The position numbers and the translations under genes were made by a program. This document shows positions 51,501-60,152 of a stretch of 64,000 nucleotides of DNA, in pieces. The stretch's first letter is position 1; each line of letters begins with the position of its first letter. Where the stretch lies: the NCBI GenBank assembly GCA_965222375.1, contig CBDCTZ010000013.1:256001-320000 (forward strand), read 5' to 3'. Origin of the DNA: Polyangiaceae bacterium (GTDB taxonomy: Bacteria; Myxococcota_A; Polyangia; Polyangiales; Polyangiaceae). The notes beneath the pieces are model-generated. The model made no database searches. It saw only the letters and a list, made by a program, of their open reading frames with translations, and had not been told where the DNA came from.

Positions 51501-53878
51501 AGCGGGATCAGCTTCTTCGCGGCCTGAACCGCGTTGGGATCCGTCGCCAAGATGCGCTCGTAAGAACGGAACGCTCGCTCCGCCTCGCCCAGCTTGTCCT
51601 CGTAGACGGCGGCCGCACGGTACGAGATCTCAATCTTCGCTTGATCGTCCTTGGTGCGGTCCGCGGCGTTGCTGAGAACCTCTGCCAGGCCTTCCCAGTC
51701 ATTCTGGGAACCGTACAGTTCCTCCAGCCCATCGTAGTCGCCGGTCTCCAGGTAGGACTCCCGGAGGACGCGCAGCGCGCGGTGATGTCCCGGTGACAAG
51801 TCGAGGACGCGCCGCCAGGTCTTGGTGGCGTTGGCCGGGTCTTTCAACTGGTCGGCGTACACGCCTCCCAATCGCGTGAGGCCAGCCAAGCTTGCTTCGT
51901 CATCTTCGGCGCCTTCGACACGCTTCTCCAATACGTCCGCCAGGGTGGCCCAGTCCTTGGTGCGTTCAGCGTGACGCTCGAGAGCGTCCAGCACGTCCGT
52001 GCGGGTGGGATCGAGCTCCAAGATTCGGCGATAGAGCTGCACCGCCTCGGCGGCCTTGCCGAGGCGTTCGGCTGCGAGCTGCGCCATCTCCTTGAGCACG
52101 GGAACTGCTGCGGCTCCCTCCAGGTCGGCCAACTCGCTCTCGTAGAGCTCGTAGAGGGACGGCCAAGCGCGGCGCTTGCGATACAGCTCGTGCAACCGCT
52201 CCCGGGCCTCCCGGTCGGTCCGATCCACCGCAAGCAAGGCCTCGTAGGCCTCGGTCGCGTTCTGGACGTTTGAGAATTGCTCCAGCCAACGCCGCGCGGC
52301 GCTGCGATAGAGTTCCTTCTTTTCGTCAACGTCAGGCGCGATTTGGGCAAGGCGCAGCTGGTTCGTGAGTAGATCTCGCCAGCGTCCGAGCTTTTCGTAG
52401 AGCTGCACCAGTTCGCGCACCTCCGCGACGTCCTGCTCGTCGAGCTTTTCGTCGAGCTGGACGATTTGATTCAGCACGGAGACCAGTGCGGTGTCGCTCT
52501 TGATGTATTGCCGGTATACCGCCGCAACATCACGCAGAATGGCAACGCGAGCCGCGACCTCCGAAGCGTCTACGCGCTCCAATTGTTGGCGCAGCAACTC
52601 TACGAGGGCATTGTAGCCTTGCGTCTGCTTGTACAGGCGCTTCAGTGCGTCACGGGCATCAGCGTTATCCGGATCCTGGCGCAACACGCCCTTGTACTGT
52701 TCGATGGCTTTCTGGGCGTCCTCTTGCCCCTCCATCAGATGTGCGATTTCTGACGACAGTTCTGTCTTCTCAGGGCCGTCTTTCAGGGAGCGTTGTGCGT
52801 TCTGCAGGATTTCGATCAGGCGCCCCTCTTGGCTCAGCTCGGCCGCGTACTCTCGGTAGAAGCCGAGCATCCCAGGATGGGTTGGCTCGAGCTTTGCGAT
52901 CCGTTCGAACCAGGCCTCTGCGTCCTTCGGGCGCTCAGCGCGCTTCCAGTACAACATCGCGATCTGGAGCATGTCACCCACCCGCTCCGGGCTGGTCAGA
53001 TCCTTGCTCTTCAGGTCCCGTTCGTACAGCGCGACCAGCTCGTCCCAGCGGCCTTCGCGCTCGTAGTATTCCGCCAGGAACGCCTTGGCTTCGGCGTGAT
53101 CCGGACGGTCCTTGAGCACCCGCTCGTAGGCACGCGAGGAGCGGGCCTCGTCCGACTTCTTGCTGCGATACAGCCGCGCGAGGCGAACGCCGCAGGCCAC
53201 GCGATCCGTGGCGGTTTCCGCACGGTCCGAGAGCCGCTCCAGCACCGGGGCAACGTCATCCCACTTTTCGCTGCGACTGTAGACGAGCTCCAACATGCGT
53301 CCGGCGCGCACGTTGGTAGGATCGAGACGGACGGCCTGCTCCAGCTTTTCGATCACCGCGCCTTCGTCGACTGCGTCGGCACCGAACCGGAGCTCCATCT
53401 CCGCGGCGCGCATCAGCATCGAGCTCTTGTACACGTCGTCGGGTGCTTGCTCGGCTTCCCCGGCGTAGGTGGAAACCAAATCCTTCCACTTCTCCCGCTT
53501 GGTGTCGGCTTCTTCCAAGACCTCGCTGGCGCGGTCGTCACCGGGCACGACTTCCAGCAGGCGCTCGAGCACCGGCTTGGCCTTCGCGTCGTCCAACAGG
53601 TCTTCGCGCAAGACTCGGGCGTGTTCCCGAAGTAAGTCGACCTCGGCATCGGTGCCTTTGGCCGTGAAAGTTTCGAGTTCGAGCAGGCGACCAACGGCGG
53701 TCACCTCACCCCGCTCCGCGTGTTGCCCCCGTGCTGCAGCCAGAAGCTTCAGCAATTCATCGCTTTCAAGATCGCGATCATCTGCCGCAACTGCCGAGGT
53801 CATCACCTCCCAAGCAGCAGCAGCGTCGGGGTCGTCCTGGAGCTGTCCTAAAGCCGTGCGGATCGTCTCAGAATGCAT
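42533..53878 (-). CDS. giant TPR-repeat protein (~3,780 aa), AgmK/gliding-motility-like
   Basis: uninterrupted 11.3-kb ORF of TPR-like repeats (AxxxYxxxLxxDPxxxxAxxxLxxLY...W); likely start MHSETIR. Confidence 0.9.
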   Translation of the reverse strand: MHSETIRTALGQLQDDPDAAAAWEVMTSAVAADDRDLESDELLKLLAAARGQHAERGEVTAVGRLLELETFTAKGTDAEVDLLREHARVLREDLLDDAKAKPVLERLLEVVPGDDRASEVLEEADTKREKWKDLVSTYAGEAEQAPDDVYKSSMLMRAAEMELRFGADAVDEGAVIEKLEQAVRLDPTNVRAGRMLELVYSRSEKWDDVAPVLERLSDRAETATDRVACGVRLARLYRSKKSDEARSSRAYERVLKDRPDHAEAKAFLAEYYEREGRWDELVALYERDLKSKDLTSPERVGDMLQIAMLYWKRAERPKDAEAWFERIAKLEPTHPGMLGFYREYAAELSQEGRLIEILQNAQRSLKDGPEKTELSSEIAHLMEGQEDAQKAIEQYKGVLRQDPDNADARDALKRLYKQTQGYNALVELLRQQLERVDASEVAARVAILRDVAAVYRQYIKSDTALVSVLNQIVQLDEKLDEQDVAEVRELVQLYEKLGRWRDLLTNQLRLAQIAPDVDEKKELYRSAARRWLEQFSNVQNATEAYEALLAVDRTDREARERLHELYRKRRAWPSLYELYESELADLEGAAAVPVLKEMAQLAAERLGKAAEAVQLYRRILELDPTRTDVLDALERHAERTKDWATLADVLEKRVEGAEDDEASLAGLTRLGGVYADQLKDPANATKTWRRVLDLSPGHHRALRVLRESYLETGDYDGLEELYGSQNDWEGLAEVLSNAADRTKDDQAKIEISYRAAAVYEDKLGEAERAFRSYERILATDPNAVQAAKKLIPLYEEDEKWARLPALYELLASAAEGPEKVDIYCNIIEITSGRLSDRKAAAAYAERVYGLAPERADVLRLFEDTSRAAGNLEPFVSALEARLQSIAAASAADAPPTSKKKKGKKKNQQQEEPAAGDGTEQRRLELMLGRAYQDDLDRVDDAVAVYKRLLDRNAQDTDAAEALEQLLRKNDRRDDLRWLLDLRVQSASSDNERVDLLSEWAILEEDVYQAPERAIALHRRTLEFAPDAADTLRTLARLLLDAAEVESAVEIIERHRDLLEGEERALREVDLAEIFLGRLDKPVLAQDAAVRALELEPGQPRAISVLEKLMEDESTRARAAEVLAAQYASGGEARREVQALSVMLDQATDAEERRSLFIRLADVHEEKLGAYGNALDVVLRAVRAFPTDVGFWDRADALAVLAGRPTELSEAFREVLRMELSPEDQVELCERASRLHEDRLGDPIGATPYLEKILDQDPGNEEAFLRLKDILTAAERWGELEALYDKAARATDDAARRVDMFVEVALISEEIIENSDKATQYYERIIELDPIHDVAIRALDRLYAKAERHEDLVGLLSRRLESAAGDELLELKIRLSRLLLEKLHQPEKAVEHVEDVLRERLNDYDARELAERLLEIGSLRLRAARMLETVYESRDEVRDLVRVLAIRLEEQDKEAGGEDASTELDDDRRDLLRRIANLRDERLHDDDGALAVLARLVPSDPLDLDARERLLEIGRRIGAHARVAEVLTAAAKRADTPGLQGEILMQVAEIQETLLNDTEAAESTYRAVLTLDESDAELVLPAARALERIHLGNDKPEQLGEVLRIQVKLEADGDARKALLGRLGELCQSVLGDTKGAIEAWRMRSEENPGDELALAALDKLYEESEQWRELVEVLSLRRDASEDSGMRRKLMVRVATTLSTKLDATSDSIDAWRVVLDEYGPDTEVLVALEGLYERAEQWHELSETYERHLDIVEADADRLELLAKLGSLKHRHLGDVEGALETYRRALTLDTSHEASRMALEELLESQDSFARREAASILHPIYEADGAHEKLLRVIEIEIDATDDTFDQLKGLEKAIQVAEVSLDNSGLAFKHAERAVRTAAGHTELAPWLEHIERLAEASSRQGDYVKILCDVVDEIFDGDIQLTVTLKIADIARHQLADRELAREYYQKALALRSDDKAALAALESLYEEMGDAPQLLEILERRADVLDDEDERKALMYRRARLLSDVLNDNSRAISVYENILDSGLDSQAIESLESLYTLEERWPDLQELYVRQLDATDEGGAGLRVKIAQVAAHRLNDMGRAFEELESALDEEGQHEGAIGELEKLLTKAPEAEHRSRAAAILEPVYLSRADFDRVMAAIEARLDYEQDPTERRELLGRLAQLHEEQKEDYRAALETTAKLLHEDLGDESTRGELERLAKVAGAERRLAEIYAAELEDYPGDDDTSFSLAQRAGELFTSLDDLEQGLTFYRRALAFEPENLELFNAVDDILSRTGRHEERVEHYRQGLDHRFDPAERLAAHHTIAGLLENELDRKDEAIEAYRSALETEETDETAASRLTDLYAAAERHDDLSELLLRRAELADSPEQAAEHRVTLAKLLAGPMNDPDRAIDQLDEVVRSVPGHADAVRQLEAFLDNDTYKERVVEILRPLYEGADDWQRLINLNEERYALADGASEKVLVLRETAELWETRGGDLHRAERALTVALSLDPDDGEVRGELERVVEATGEWDRLSAAYEDALERHPDMISRRDVLAKLAEVHDQRRDDPRAALDAYTRLRAADEADPEPLAKMEQLATLLSDWSVLIEVLRAKAEFSLDDEERASLWRRIGEAKRDMLEDSPGAIASYERALELEPDSAFTVDCLIELREERDDAEELVDLYQRRVELTGDDDADLCYELLVSAAKVFENKLEDRSRAIDSLNQALAARPDDDTVITALGRLYRAEEMWPELLDNLRLSASRSDSAETRAEVRRQMGEILADKMSSWEDALEAYRQVLDDAPGDEAATQAVLVIGREHEDLRETVTQILVPVLTSSEKWRSLPEVLEMRLSVETDTAVRAETLTQIADVHETKLSEPEQALGAALRALSERPESSELHALAERLSASADSWGTYADALTERAQSTFDPDVAKDLYSRLGKIAEENLSDPSRAIEAYRSAIDQAGDQPELLSALDRLYTATNDAQALSDILERRVLAETDETSQAELYHRLGVVQATEFSEPSRALSSFRAALERVSDHTGAIEELEKLTSERDLFEEAAEILEEVYRQQSRTDSLASLYEKRVGFADTPGERIDMRKNLARVLEEDCSDASAAQRVLQQGLSDDPTDATLLDDIERLAETTSNWEGAAAALRTALEQATDIPPDTARDLAVRLSTWQRDKVEDPKAAEEALEKALSFDPQSDDVLVLIEQLQRVEGRERDLIKTLRQRAKLSLDDQRREDLYREAKGLADGLEDAELTEAILRELLEHDDTNLWALDQLTEIRERAEDWRETFDLIVRRSELRAQGDVVRELRHRAASIAREHLGEPEKAIELYDELFEAEPTDTAASSALRELFFKTERWDDLSRLLERLTDLADSDTERATLKVETARLNVERFEATDTAIEILRGVLQDNAGHSEAVVLLSELYEKADRDEDLADLLSQQIEIAAEAGDQGAELTFRVRLGEICENRLQDKAKAIATYQSVLERDPEHHGALEALARLYTAEGRHADAGDVLEKLVGQAEGEAALGLVLQLADVRGEAKDAEGVARALERGLALESVGASELTSQIRDRLRAHYESEKTWDKLAAFIAEDADLAEGAEKKVDLLRRAAEIHSTQREDHAQAAELLEKASALMPEDRQLMLELCDSFSASGRGKAAAEVLEKIVESYGGKRSKELGEIHRRLADAYLAEGDTERALSELDRAFRIEPGNVAVLHKLGSVALEANDLKKAQQMYRALLLQKLDDKSPITKPEVFMHLGQVHEKLGEKPKAIQMYDRAVQSDASLEFAKERLAELKG

Positions 53879-53977
53879 GGGTCCCATCCGTGTCCGCCGG
53901 CGATGGGGGAGCGCCCCACGCCGGCGCAAGGGGCTCCGACACTACGGCGCGCGCCGGGGGGTGACAAGCCTTGTAAA

Positions 53978-54832
53978 TCAGTGATTTTTCTGCTCTTCAC
54001 GGCGGGTTTTCAGCCGTTTGAGCAAGGAGCGTTGGCGCCGGACCACCCCCGGGGCCGCCCCCCCCTTTTCCGCGTCGCGGATCGCCGCCTCGGCCTGCTC
54101 CAGACGCCCGAGGCGCAGAAGGGCGTAGGCCCGCCCCAAATGGGCGTCTGCAAACCGTGGACGTGCGCGCAGTATCGCTCCGTAGTGGCGCAAGGCGGCT
54201 TCGTCGTCTTTCTCCACCAGAGCGGCGGTAGCGAGTCCCAGGCGGTTTTGAAGCGCCTCCGGATCTCGGGCAAGTCCCGTGCGGTAGGCCTGCTTGGCAC
54301 CTACAACATCGCCGAGTTTTAGGCGAACCAAACCGAGCACATGCCAGACTTTCGCGTCCTGGTCATCCCGGCGCAGGGCCTCCTCCAAGCGCGGCAGGGC
54401 CAATTCTGGGGCCCCCCACCGAGCGGCACGCATGCCGCCGGTGCGCGGGCCCGTCGGATCCTTGGGCGCCCGACGGCTCGCCCGGTCGTAGGCCTCCAGC
54501 GCCTCTTCGTAGCGGTGGGCCAGCTCCAGCGCATGGCCGAGTTCCACCAAAGGCTCGGGTTGGTTGGGGCCAATGCGTTTCTCGAAGACGGCGACCTCCG
54601 AGCGCACGAGCGCCAAGTTTCCCGTGACAGCCAGGGTTCGAATCAGTTGGCGGCGGGCGACATGGTCGTCGGGATGCTCCTTCAGGTGCTCTCGCAAAAC
54701 CGCTTCCGCCTCCTCCAAACGTCCCTTCTGCGCCAGCATGGCTGCGCGCTGGTCGGCACGGGGTTGCACGCCGCAGCCAGCAGACGCGAGCAGTACGCAT
54801 GCCACCAGGACGGCCGCTGAGAAATGCCTCAC
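53978..54832 (-). CDS. TPR-repeat lipoprotein
   Basis: SAGC lipobox; TPR motifs (LGHALELAHRYEEALEAY, WHVLGLVRLKLGD). Confidence 0.85.
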   Translation of the reverse strand: MRHFSAAVLVACVLLASAGCGVQPRADQRAAMLAQKGRLEEAEAVLREHLKEHPDDHVARRQLIRTLAVTGNLALVRSEVAVFEKRIGPNQPEPLVELGHALELAHRYEEALEAYDRASRRAPKDPTGPRTGGMRAARWGAPELALPRLEEALRRDDQDAKVWHVLGLVRLKLGDVVGAKQAYRTGLARDPEALQNRLGLATAALVEKDDEAALRHYGAILRARPRFADAHLGRAYALLRLGRLEQAEAAIRDAEKGGAAPGVVRRQRSLLKRLKTRREEQKNH

Positions 54833-54925
54833 CCGCGAAACCTAGCGCGAACCGCGAGAAGGAAAAAATGACAACGGCCCAGCGGCCTTGCACGCCGCCG
54901 GGGGCAGGGCTACTCGACCCCCAGC

Positions 54926-55822
54926 ATGAAAGCCGAAGATATCAAGAAGATTGTGGTGATCGGGGCCGGTCAAATGGGCGGAGGCATCGCCCAAGTGTGC
55001 GCCCAAACGGGCTACGAAGTGCTCCTCAGCGACGCCAAGCAGGAGCTGGCCGAAAAGGGCAAGGCGAAGATCGCCAAAATCCTCGGCAAACAGGTGGACA
55101 AGGGCAAGCTAGCTGCTCACGACCGCCAGCGAACCCTGGACCTGCTCAAGCCGGTCGCCGGAAGCGAAGGCATTGAGACCGCAGATCTGGTCGTCGAGGC
55201 CGCGACGGAAAACCTTCAGGTGAAGACGGCGTTGTTCAAAGACGCCGACGCGCGCATGAAGCCCGGCGCGATCCTGGCCTCGAACACTTCGAGCATTTCG
55301 ATCACACGCCTTGCTGGCCAAACCGAGCGACCCGCGTCTGTGATCGGCATGCACTTCATGAATCCGGTACCACTCATGAAGCTGATCGAAATCGTACGCG
55401 GAGTGCAAACGAGCGACGAGACCACAACCACTGTGCGCACCCTGGCCGAGAAGCTGGGCAAGACAGTCATCACCAGCAAGGACCAGCCCGGCTTCGTCGT
55501 GAACCGCATGCTGGTTCCGTTCCTGAACGAAGCCTGCTTCGCGCTGCAAGAGGGCCTCGGCACTCCCGAGGACATCGATCAAGGCGCCAAACTCGGCCTG
55601 AACCACCCCATGGGCCCGCTAGAGCTCGCTGATCTGATCGGCTTGGACACTCTGCTGTTCATCGCCGAGGTGCTGCATCGCGAGTTCGGAGACGACAAAT
55701 ACCGGCCGGCCACGCTACTGCGCAACCTGGTCGCCGCTGGCTGGTACGGCCGCAAGAGCGGTCGCGGCTTCTACGTGTACGACGAACGAGGCAAGAACGT
55801 AGGCCGCGCTTTCGAGCGTTGA
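54926..55822 (+). CDS. hbd: 3-hydroxybutyryl-CoA dehydrogenase
   Basis: VIGAGQMGGGIA, LASNTSSISIT, GMHFMNP, PGFVVNR, HPMGPL, GRKSGRGFY. Confidence 0.93.
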   Translation: MKAEDIKKIVVIGAGQMGGGIAQVCAQTGYEVLLSDAKQELAEKGKAKIAKILGKQVDKGKLAAHDRQRTLDLLKPVAGSEGIETADLVVEAATENLQVKTALFKDADARMKPGAILASNTSSISITRLAGQTERPASVIGMHFMNPVPLMKLIEIVRGVQTSDETTTTVRTLAEKLGKTVITSKDQPGFVVNRMLVPFLNEACFALQEGLGTPEDIDQGAKLGLNHPMGPLELADLIGLDTLLFIAEVLHREFGDDKYRPATLLRNLVAAGWYGRKSGRGFYVYDERGKNVGRAFER

Positions 55823-55842
55823 GAGATCGAGGAGCGATAAGA

Positions 55843-56619
55843 ATGTACGAAACCATCGTTTACGACGCCCAAGACGGCATCGCAGTCGTCACCGTGAATC
55901 GGCCGGACAAGCTGAACGCCCTGTCTCGAAAGGTCGTCGCAGAGCTCACGCGAGCCTTCGACTCCCTCGAGAAAGATGGCGTTGTCGCGGCGATCCTGAC
56001 CGGCGCCGGCGAAAAAGCCTTCGTTGCCGGTGCGGACATCAAGGAAATGGCGGACCTAGGCCCTGCCGGAGCCAAGGCGTTTTCGGATGCTGGACACCGC
56101 CTGGGATACGCCATCGAGCTGGCACCGTGCCCTGTCATTGCTGCCGTCAATGGCTTCGCCCTCGGCGGTGGTTGCGAGCTCGCCCTGTCCTGCGACTTCA
56201 TCTACGCCTCTGAAAATGCGCGCTTCGGGCAGCCCGAGGTCAACTTGGGGCTGATGCCGGGCTTCGGTGGAACCCAGCGCCTGGCCCGTCGCATTGGACT
56301 GAGCAAGGCGCGGGAGCTCGTCTACACCGGTGACAACATCAAGGCGGCGGAAGCCGAACGCCTCGGCCTGGTCAACGGAGTCGTCCCTCAAGCCGAGCTC
56401 ATGGGCCACGTTCGATCCATCGCCGAGAAGATCGCGAGCAAGGCCCCTCTGGCGGTCGCAGCGTCCAAACGCGTCATGGCACGAGCTGCGGACGCCGATC
56501 TGGTCATCGCAAACGAGCTGGAGGCAACGGCATTCAGCGCGTTGTTCGGCAGCGAGGACATGCGAGAGGGCACTCGGGCGTTCATGGAAAAGCGCGCCGC
56601 CAAGTTCAGCGGCAAGTGA
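55843..56619 (+). CDS. crt: enoyl-CoA hydratase (crotonase)
   Basis: NRPDKLNAL, AFVAGADI, VNGFALGGGCE, GQPEVNLG, GGTQRL; GAGGAG RBS before ATG 55843. Confidence 0.92.
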   Translation: MYETIVYDAQDGIAVVTVNRPDKLNALSRKVVAELTRAFDSLEKDGVVAAILTGAGEKAFVAGADIKEMADLGPAGAKAFSDAGHRLGYAIELAPCPVIAAVNGFALGGGCELALSCDFIYASENARFGQPEVNLGLMPGFGGTQRLARRIGLSKARELVYTGDNIKAAEAERLGLVNGVVPQAELMGHVRSIAEKIASKAPLAVAASKRVMARAADADLVIANELEATAFSALFGSEDMREGTRAFMEKRAAKFSGK

Positions 56620-58436
56620 GGCTCGTGCTCAGAAGCTCGCGTTTACAGCATCTCATCATCGCAGCTGCCGCGGCGGCTGCGTTGAGCGGCTGCGAGGGCT
56701 GTCAACGCAAGGACAAGCCCTACACGCCCTTCGGCATCGCATCTGTCGCGCCGCCGTCGGCGGGCGCGTCGGCCACTGGGGTCGCGAGCGCGGCGCCGGA
56801 CGCACGGGCGCCGACCTGGTCCAAGAAAATGGCCCTCGTCGCTCGCCCACCCGCGGCGCGATGGCAGCTGAAGGAGCGCGCCCTGGCGGCGCCCCCAGGT
56901 CGGCTGATCGAGCGGGGTTTGCTTCACGATTTCGACGCCGATGGCAAAGCGGAAGCCTTGGTTTGGACGGTTCCCGCAGAACCCAAGGGTTCGCCCGGAC
57001 AGCTGTACCGAATCGATGCGGACGAAAGGGCCACCCGACTGTTCAGCTTGCCTGGATTCGTCCCATCGGGCCCTGGCTGCAGGCTGCTACCCGAACTCGC
57101 CGTGACCGGAAAGGCAACCGCAACCCTGGACGTGCGCGCCAAGTGCTCCGTGGCGATGCTGTCGCGTGCGCCTATCCGTAGCCTCACCGTGCTGGCACCG
57201 GCTCGTTCGGCACCTGTGGTTGCGTCCCTGCGCATCATAGACCCAGGACCAAACCAACCCCTCAGCGTGGACGTGACCACCCAGGATCGCGATGCGGACG
57301 GGCGGGATGACCTCGCATTGCGAGTCAAGGTAGTGCACCGCAAGCGAACCCAGTCCGCTCAGTTCATTTGGTTCGACCGGGCCTCGGGAGTGGCTCGGGA
57401 CGTCTCGCAACCGCGGTCGGCTTTTCTATCCGCCGCGGGCCGGGCACGCTGGTCGTCGAAACGCAGCAAGCATGCAGCGAACGCACGCCTGGATGTCGCT
57501 GCGCTGCGTCGACTGATGGCCACCACTTGCGCCGAAGGCGGAGTGCCGCGGGTTCTGACCGAAGAGGGGTCGCCCCTGAGTTGCGGCAATCTCCAGCTGG
57601 TCTTGGATCGCGCCGCCGCCGCGGATGTCACGGCTGCATTGACCGCGAAAGACGTACTCGGTGCTTTCGCTGCCTACGAGCGCGCGGGTTGGTATCTGAA
57701 AGCACCTTCCGACAAGACCCGAACCAGTCTGGAAAAGTCGCTGCACGCTGCGGTGGACCTTCAACCCGCCGAGCGGGTTGCCACGAGCGTCACAGCTCAA
57801 GTCCACCAAGCGCCGGGCTACTTGCCCCTCCGCTACGAACCGCCGGCCACGCTATGGGTACTGACCGACGCGGGGCCCCGGGCGGTGGCTGCAGATGGAT
57901 CCCTGGCGGCGATCGACGAAGACGGCGACGGACCTGCCCCATGGCCGCTAGAGCTGAAGCGCGGGGACGGTGCGACTCTGACCGGCGTGGCCTACGCCTG
58001 TGACCGCCCGTGGGTGAGCCTCAGCTTCAAGCGCCAAGACGGCAAGCTGGACACGACGTCAACCCAGCTGCTCGCTCCCCGGCCGGGTACGTGTCGTCCC
58101 AATGCAACCTTCGACGCTCCGAGTGCCGTGGGTCTCGGCGTCAAGGGTGGATCCGTGGCCCTACTGCTGGGCGCGTCGCGGGTGGGCGCGAGTTTGAGTT
58201 TCGCTGATGCCACTCTGCGGGAGCAGCCAAAGGGCGCGCCGCGTTCCCCGAGTGGGAAGTACCTCGCCGTGCCGACGCCCCTCGGAGTGCTCGTCGCAAG
58301 CGCAACCAGTCACCGCCTGTGGCAGTTGGCTCAGCCTTGGCCGCACGCGCTAGTGGGCTGCGCCGTGAACGACGCCGCAAGCGCTCTCGCCTGCACCGAC
58401 GTCAAAGGTGGCGTATTCCTCGTCAACAAGAAGTGA
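56616..58436 (+). CDS. hypothetical lipoprotein
   Basis: LSGC lipobox, two DxDxDG-like motifs (DFDADGK, DRDADGRDD); GTGA overlap with crt. Confidence 0.75.
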   Translation: MRLVLRSSRLQHLIIAAAAAAALSGCEGCQRKDKPYTPFGIASVAPPSAGASATGVASAAPDARAPTWSKKMALVARPPAARWQLKERALAAPPGRLIERGLLHDFDADGKAEALVWTVPAEPKGSPGQLYRIDADERATRLFSLPGFVPSGPGCRLLPELAVTGKATATLDVRAKCSVAMLSRAPIRSLTVLAPARSAPVVASLRIIDPGPNQPLSVDVTTQDRDADGRDDLALRVKVVHRKRTQSAQFIWFDRASGVARDVSQPRSAFLSAAGRARWSSKRSKHAANARLDVAALRRLMATTCAEGGVPRVLTEEGSPLSCGNLQLVLDRAAAADVTAALTAKDVLGAFAAYERAGWYLKAPSDKTRTSLEKSLHAAVDLQPAERVATSVTAQVHQAPGYLPLRYEPPATLWVLTDAGPRAVAADGSLAAIDEDGDGPAPWPLELKRGDGATLTGVAYACDRPWVSLSFKRQDGKLDTTSTQLLAPRPGTCRPNATFDAPSAVGLGVKGGSVALLLGASRVGASLSFADATLREQPKGAPRSPSGKYLAVPTPLGVLVASATSHRLWQLAQPWPHALVGCAVNDAASALACTDVKGGVFLVNKK

Positions 58437-58457
58437 CGCGAACCAACGCGAAGTGCC

Positions 58458-59021
58458 TCAGGGCGCTTTGGCGCGCTCGAGGTAGCTCGCGGTACGAGTA
58501 TCCACCTTGATCCACTCACCCTCGGTGATGAACAGGGGCACCGCCACTGTGGCACCCGTGGAGATCTTGGCGGGCTTGGTCACGTTCGTGGCCGTATCAC
58601 CTTTGATGCCGGGCTCGGTTTCCACGATCTGTACGACGATGTGGGGTGGGAGGGCGACGCTCACGGGGTTGCCCTTGTAGATGGTCACGGAGCACTCGAG
58701 GCCGTCGATCAAGAAATTCGCGGCGTCGCCAACGGCGTCCTTGTGCACCGCGATCTGCTCGCCACTATTGGAGTTCATGAAGTTGTACATGTCACCATCG
58801 GGGTAGATGAACGTCATCGAGCGGTCCTCGACATCCGCCTGCTCCAGTTTTTCACCCGAGCGGATGTTGCGCTCCAGGGTGCCGCCGGTCAGCAGGTTCT
58901 TCATCTTGGTACGCGTGAAGGCTTGACCTTTGCCAGGTTTCACGAACTGGAACTCGACGACCACGTAGGGTTGGCCGTCCTGCATGATCTTCAGACCCTT
59001 TTTGATGTCACTGCTGTCCAT
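58458..59021 (-). CDS. efp: translation elongation factor P
   Basis: FVKPGKGQAFTRTK, TEPGIKGDTA, VPLFI..GE.IKVDTR; start ATG 59021. Confidence 0.97.
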   Translation of the reverse strand: MDSSDIKKGLKIMQDGQPYVVVEFQFVKPGKGQAFTRTKMKNLLTGGTLERNIRSGEKLEQADVEDRSMTFIYPDGDMYNFMNSNSGEQIAVHKDAVGDAANFLIDGLECSVTIYKGNPVSVALPPHIVVQIVETEPGIKGDTATNVTKPAKISTGATVAVPLFITEGEWIKVDTRTASYLERAKAP

Positions 59022-59228
59022 GCTCTCGCTTCTATCTCCGGCCGCAACGCGCCGGTCTGCTTGAAATGGGCCTCCCAGGGCCCACGCCGCGGGTAGGCCT
59101 GTAGCGGGGTCCGCCCAGTCCTTCAAGCAGTTCCGCCAAAGCAGGTGATTTCCTAGAAGGTCCAGGCCATCCTGTGCCCGCCGCGGGCCCCCCTGTCATC
59201 CGCCAGGGGGCCGCGTCTGGGCCCGGTC

Positions 59229-60083
59229 ATGGACGAGTACGATCTAGAGGAAATCAAACGCGAAATCGTGGAGAGCCGCGCGCTCACGATCAAAACGAAC
59301 AACCTCGTCAATGCGCTGTCTGCAGACTTGAAGAGCATCGCAAAGCGGCAGCAAGGATACGAGCGCCGAATCATATTCAACAGCGCTGCCGCATACGTCG
59401 TCACCGTGGCGGTACTGTTCATCACTTTGAAGCTGGCTTGGGACGCCCGCCTGGATTCGGTGCGCGCGGAAAACAAGGGCTCCAAGGAGAAGCTCGTACA
59501 GCTCGACAAGGAGCTGAAGGCGGTGCTCAGCCGAGAAGAAGCCACTGCTCGGGCGGGTCGGCAAGCGGCGGAGTACTATGATCTGATCGTGCACAAGAAG
59601 CGACGAGAGCTCGTTGAGCGCTTCGACGAGGTCGCGAAACTGCCGCTGACTCGCACCGAGCGCGCCGTATTCGAAAATGCGGCGGACCGCTCCCGAAACG
59701 AACTATCCCTCATCGCGTACCAAAACGGACTCGACCACGCGCGCACGGCCCGATGGCACGAGGCGACGCAGGCCTTGTCCGAATCCTTGAAGTACAAGAC
59801 GGACGCGGCCCACTCGCCTCAAGCTCGCTACCAATTGGCACGCGCCTACAAACATCTGGGACGTCAACGCGAAGCGATCCCGATCCTGCTTTCGCTCTCT
59901 GAAGCGTCGGCTGACAAAGAAGTCATGGACGAAGCGACCATCTTGCTCGCCTACTGTCAGGTCGACATCCAAGCTTGGAACGACGCCAAGAATACGTTGC
60001 GTTCCTTCTTGCGGCGCTTTCCTTCGAGTTCACACGCAAACGACGCCAAGCTGAAGCTGGCGGAGCTCTCCTTGCATCACTGA
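59229..60083 (+). CDS. TM/coiled-coil protein with C-terminal TPRs (CpoB/YbgF-like)
   Basis: coiled coil-TM-coiled coil, then ARYQLARAY...FLRRFPSSSHANDA. Confidence 0.78.
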   Translation: MDEYDLEEIKREIVESRALTIKTNNLVNALSADLKSIAKRQQGYERRIIFNSAAAYVVTVAVLFITLKLAWDARLDSVRAENKGSKEKLVQLDKELKAVLSREEATARAGRQAAEYYDLIVHKKRRELVERFDEVAKLPLTRTERAVFENAADRSRNELSLIAYQNGLDHARTARWHEATQALSESLKYKTDAAHSPQARYQLARAYKHLGRQREAIPILLSLSEASADKEVMDEATILLAYCQVDIQAWNDAKNTLRSFLRRFPSSSHANDAKLKLAELSLHH

Positions 60084-60152
60084 GCTCGGACGCGCGTATG
60101 CGCGCGGACGCTTGCGACAGTCACGAATTCCCTCGAAAACGCCGAGATTCGT

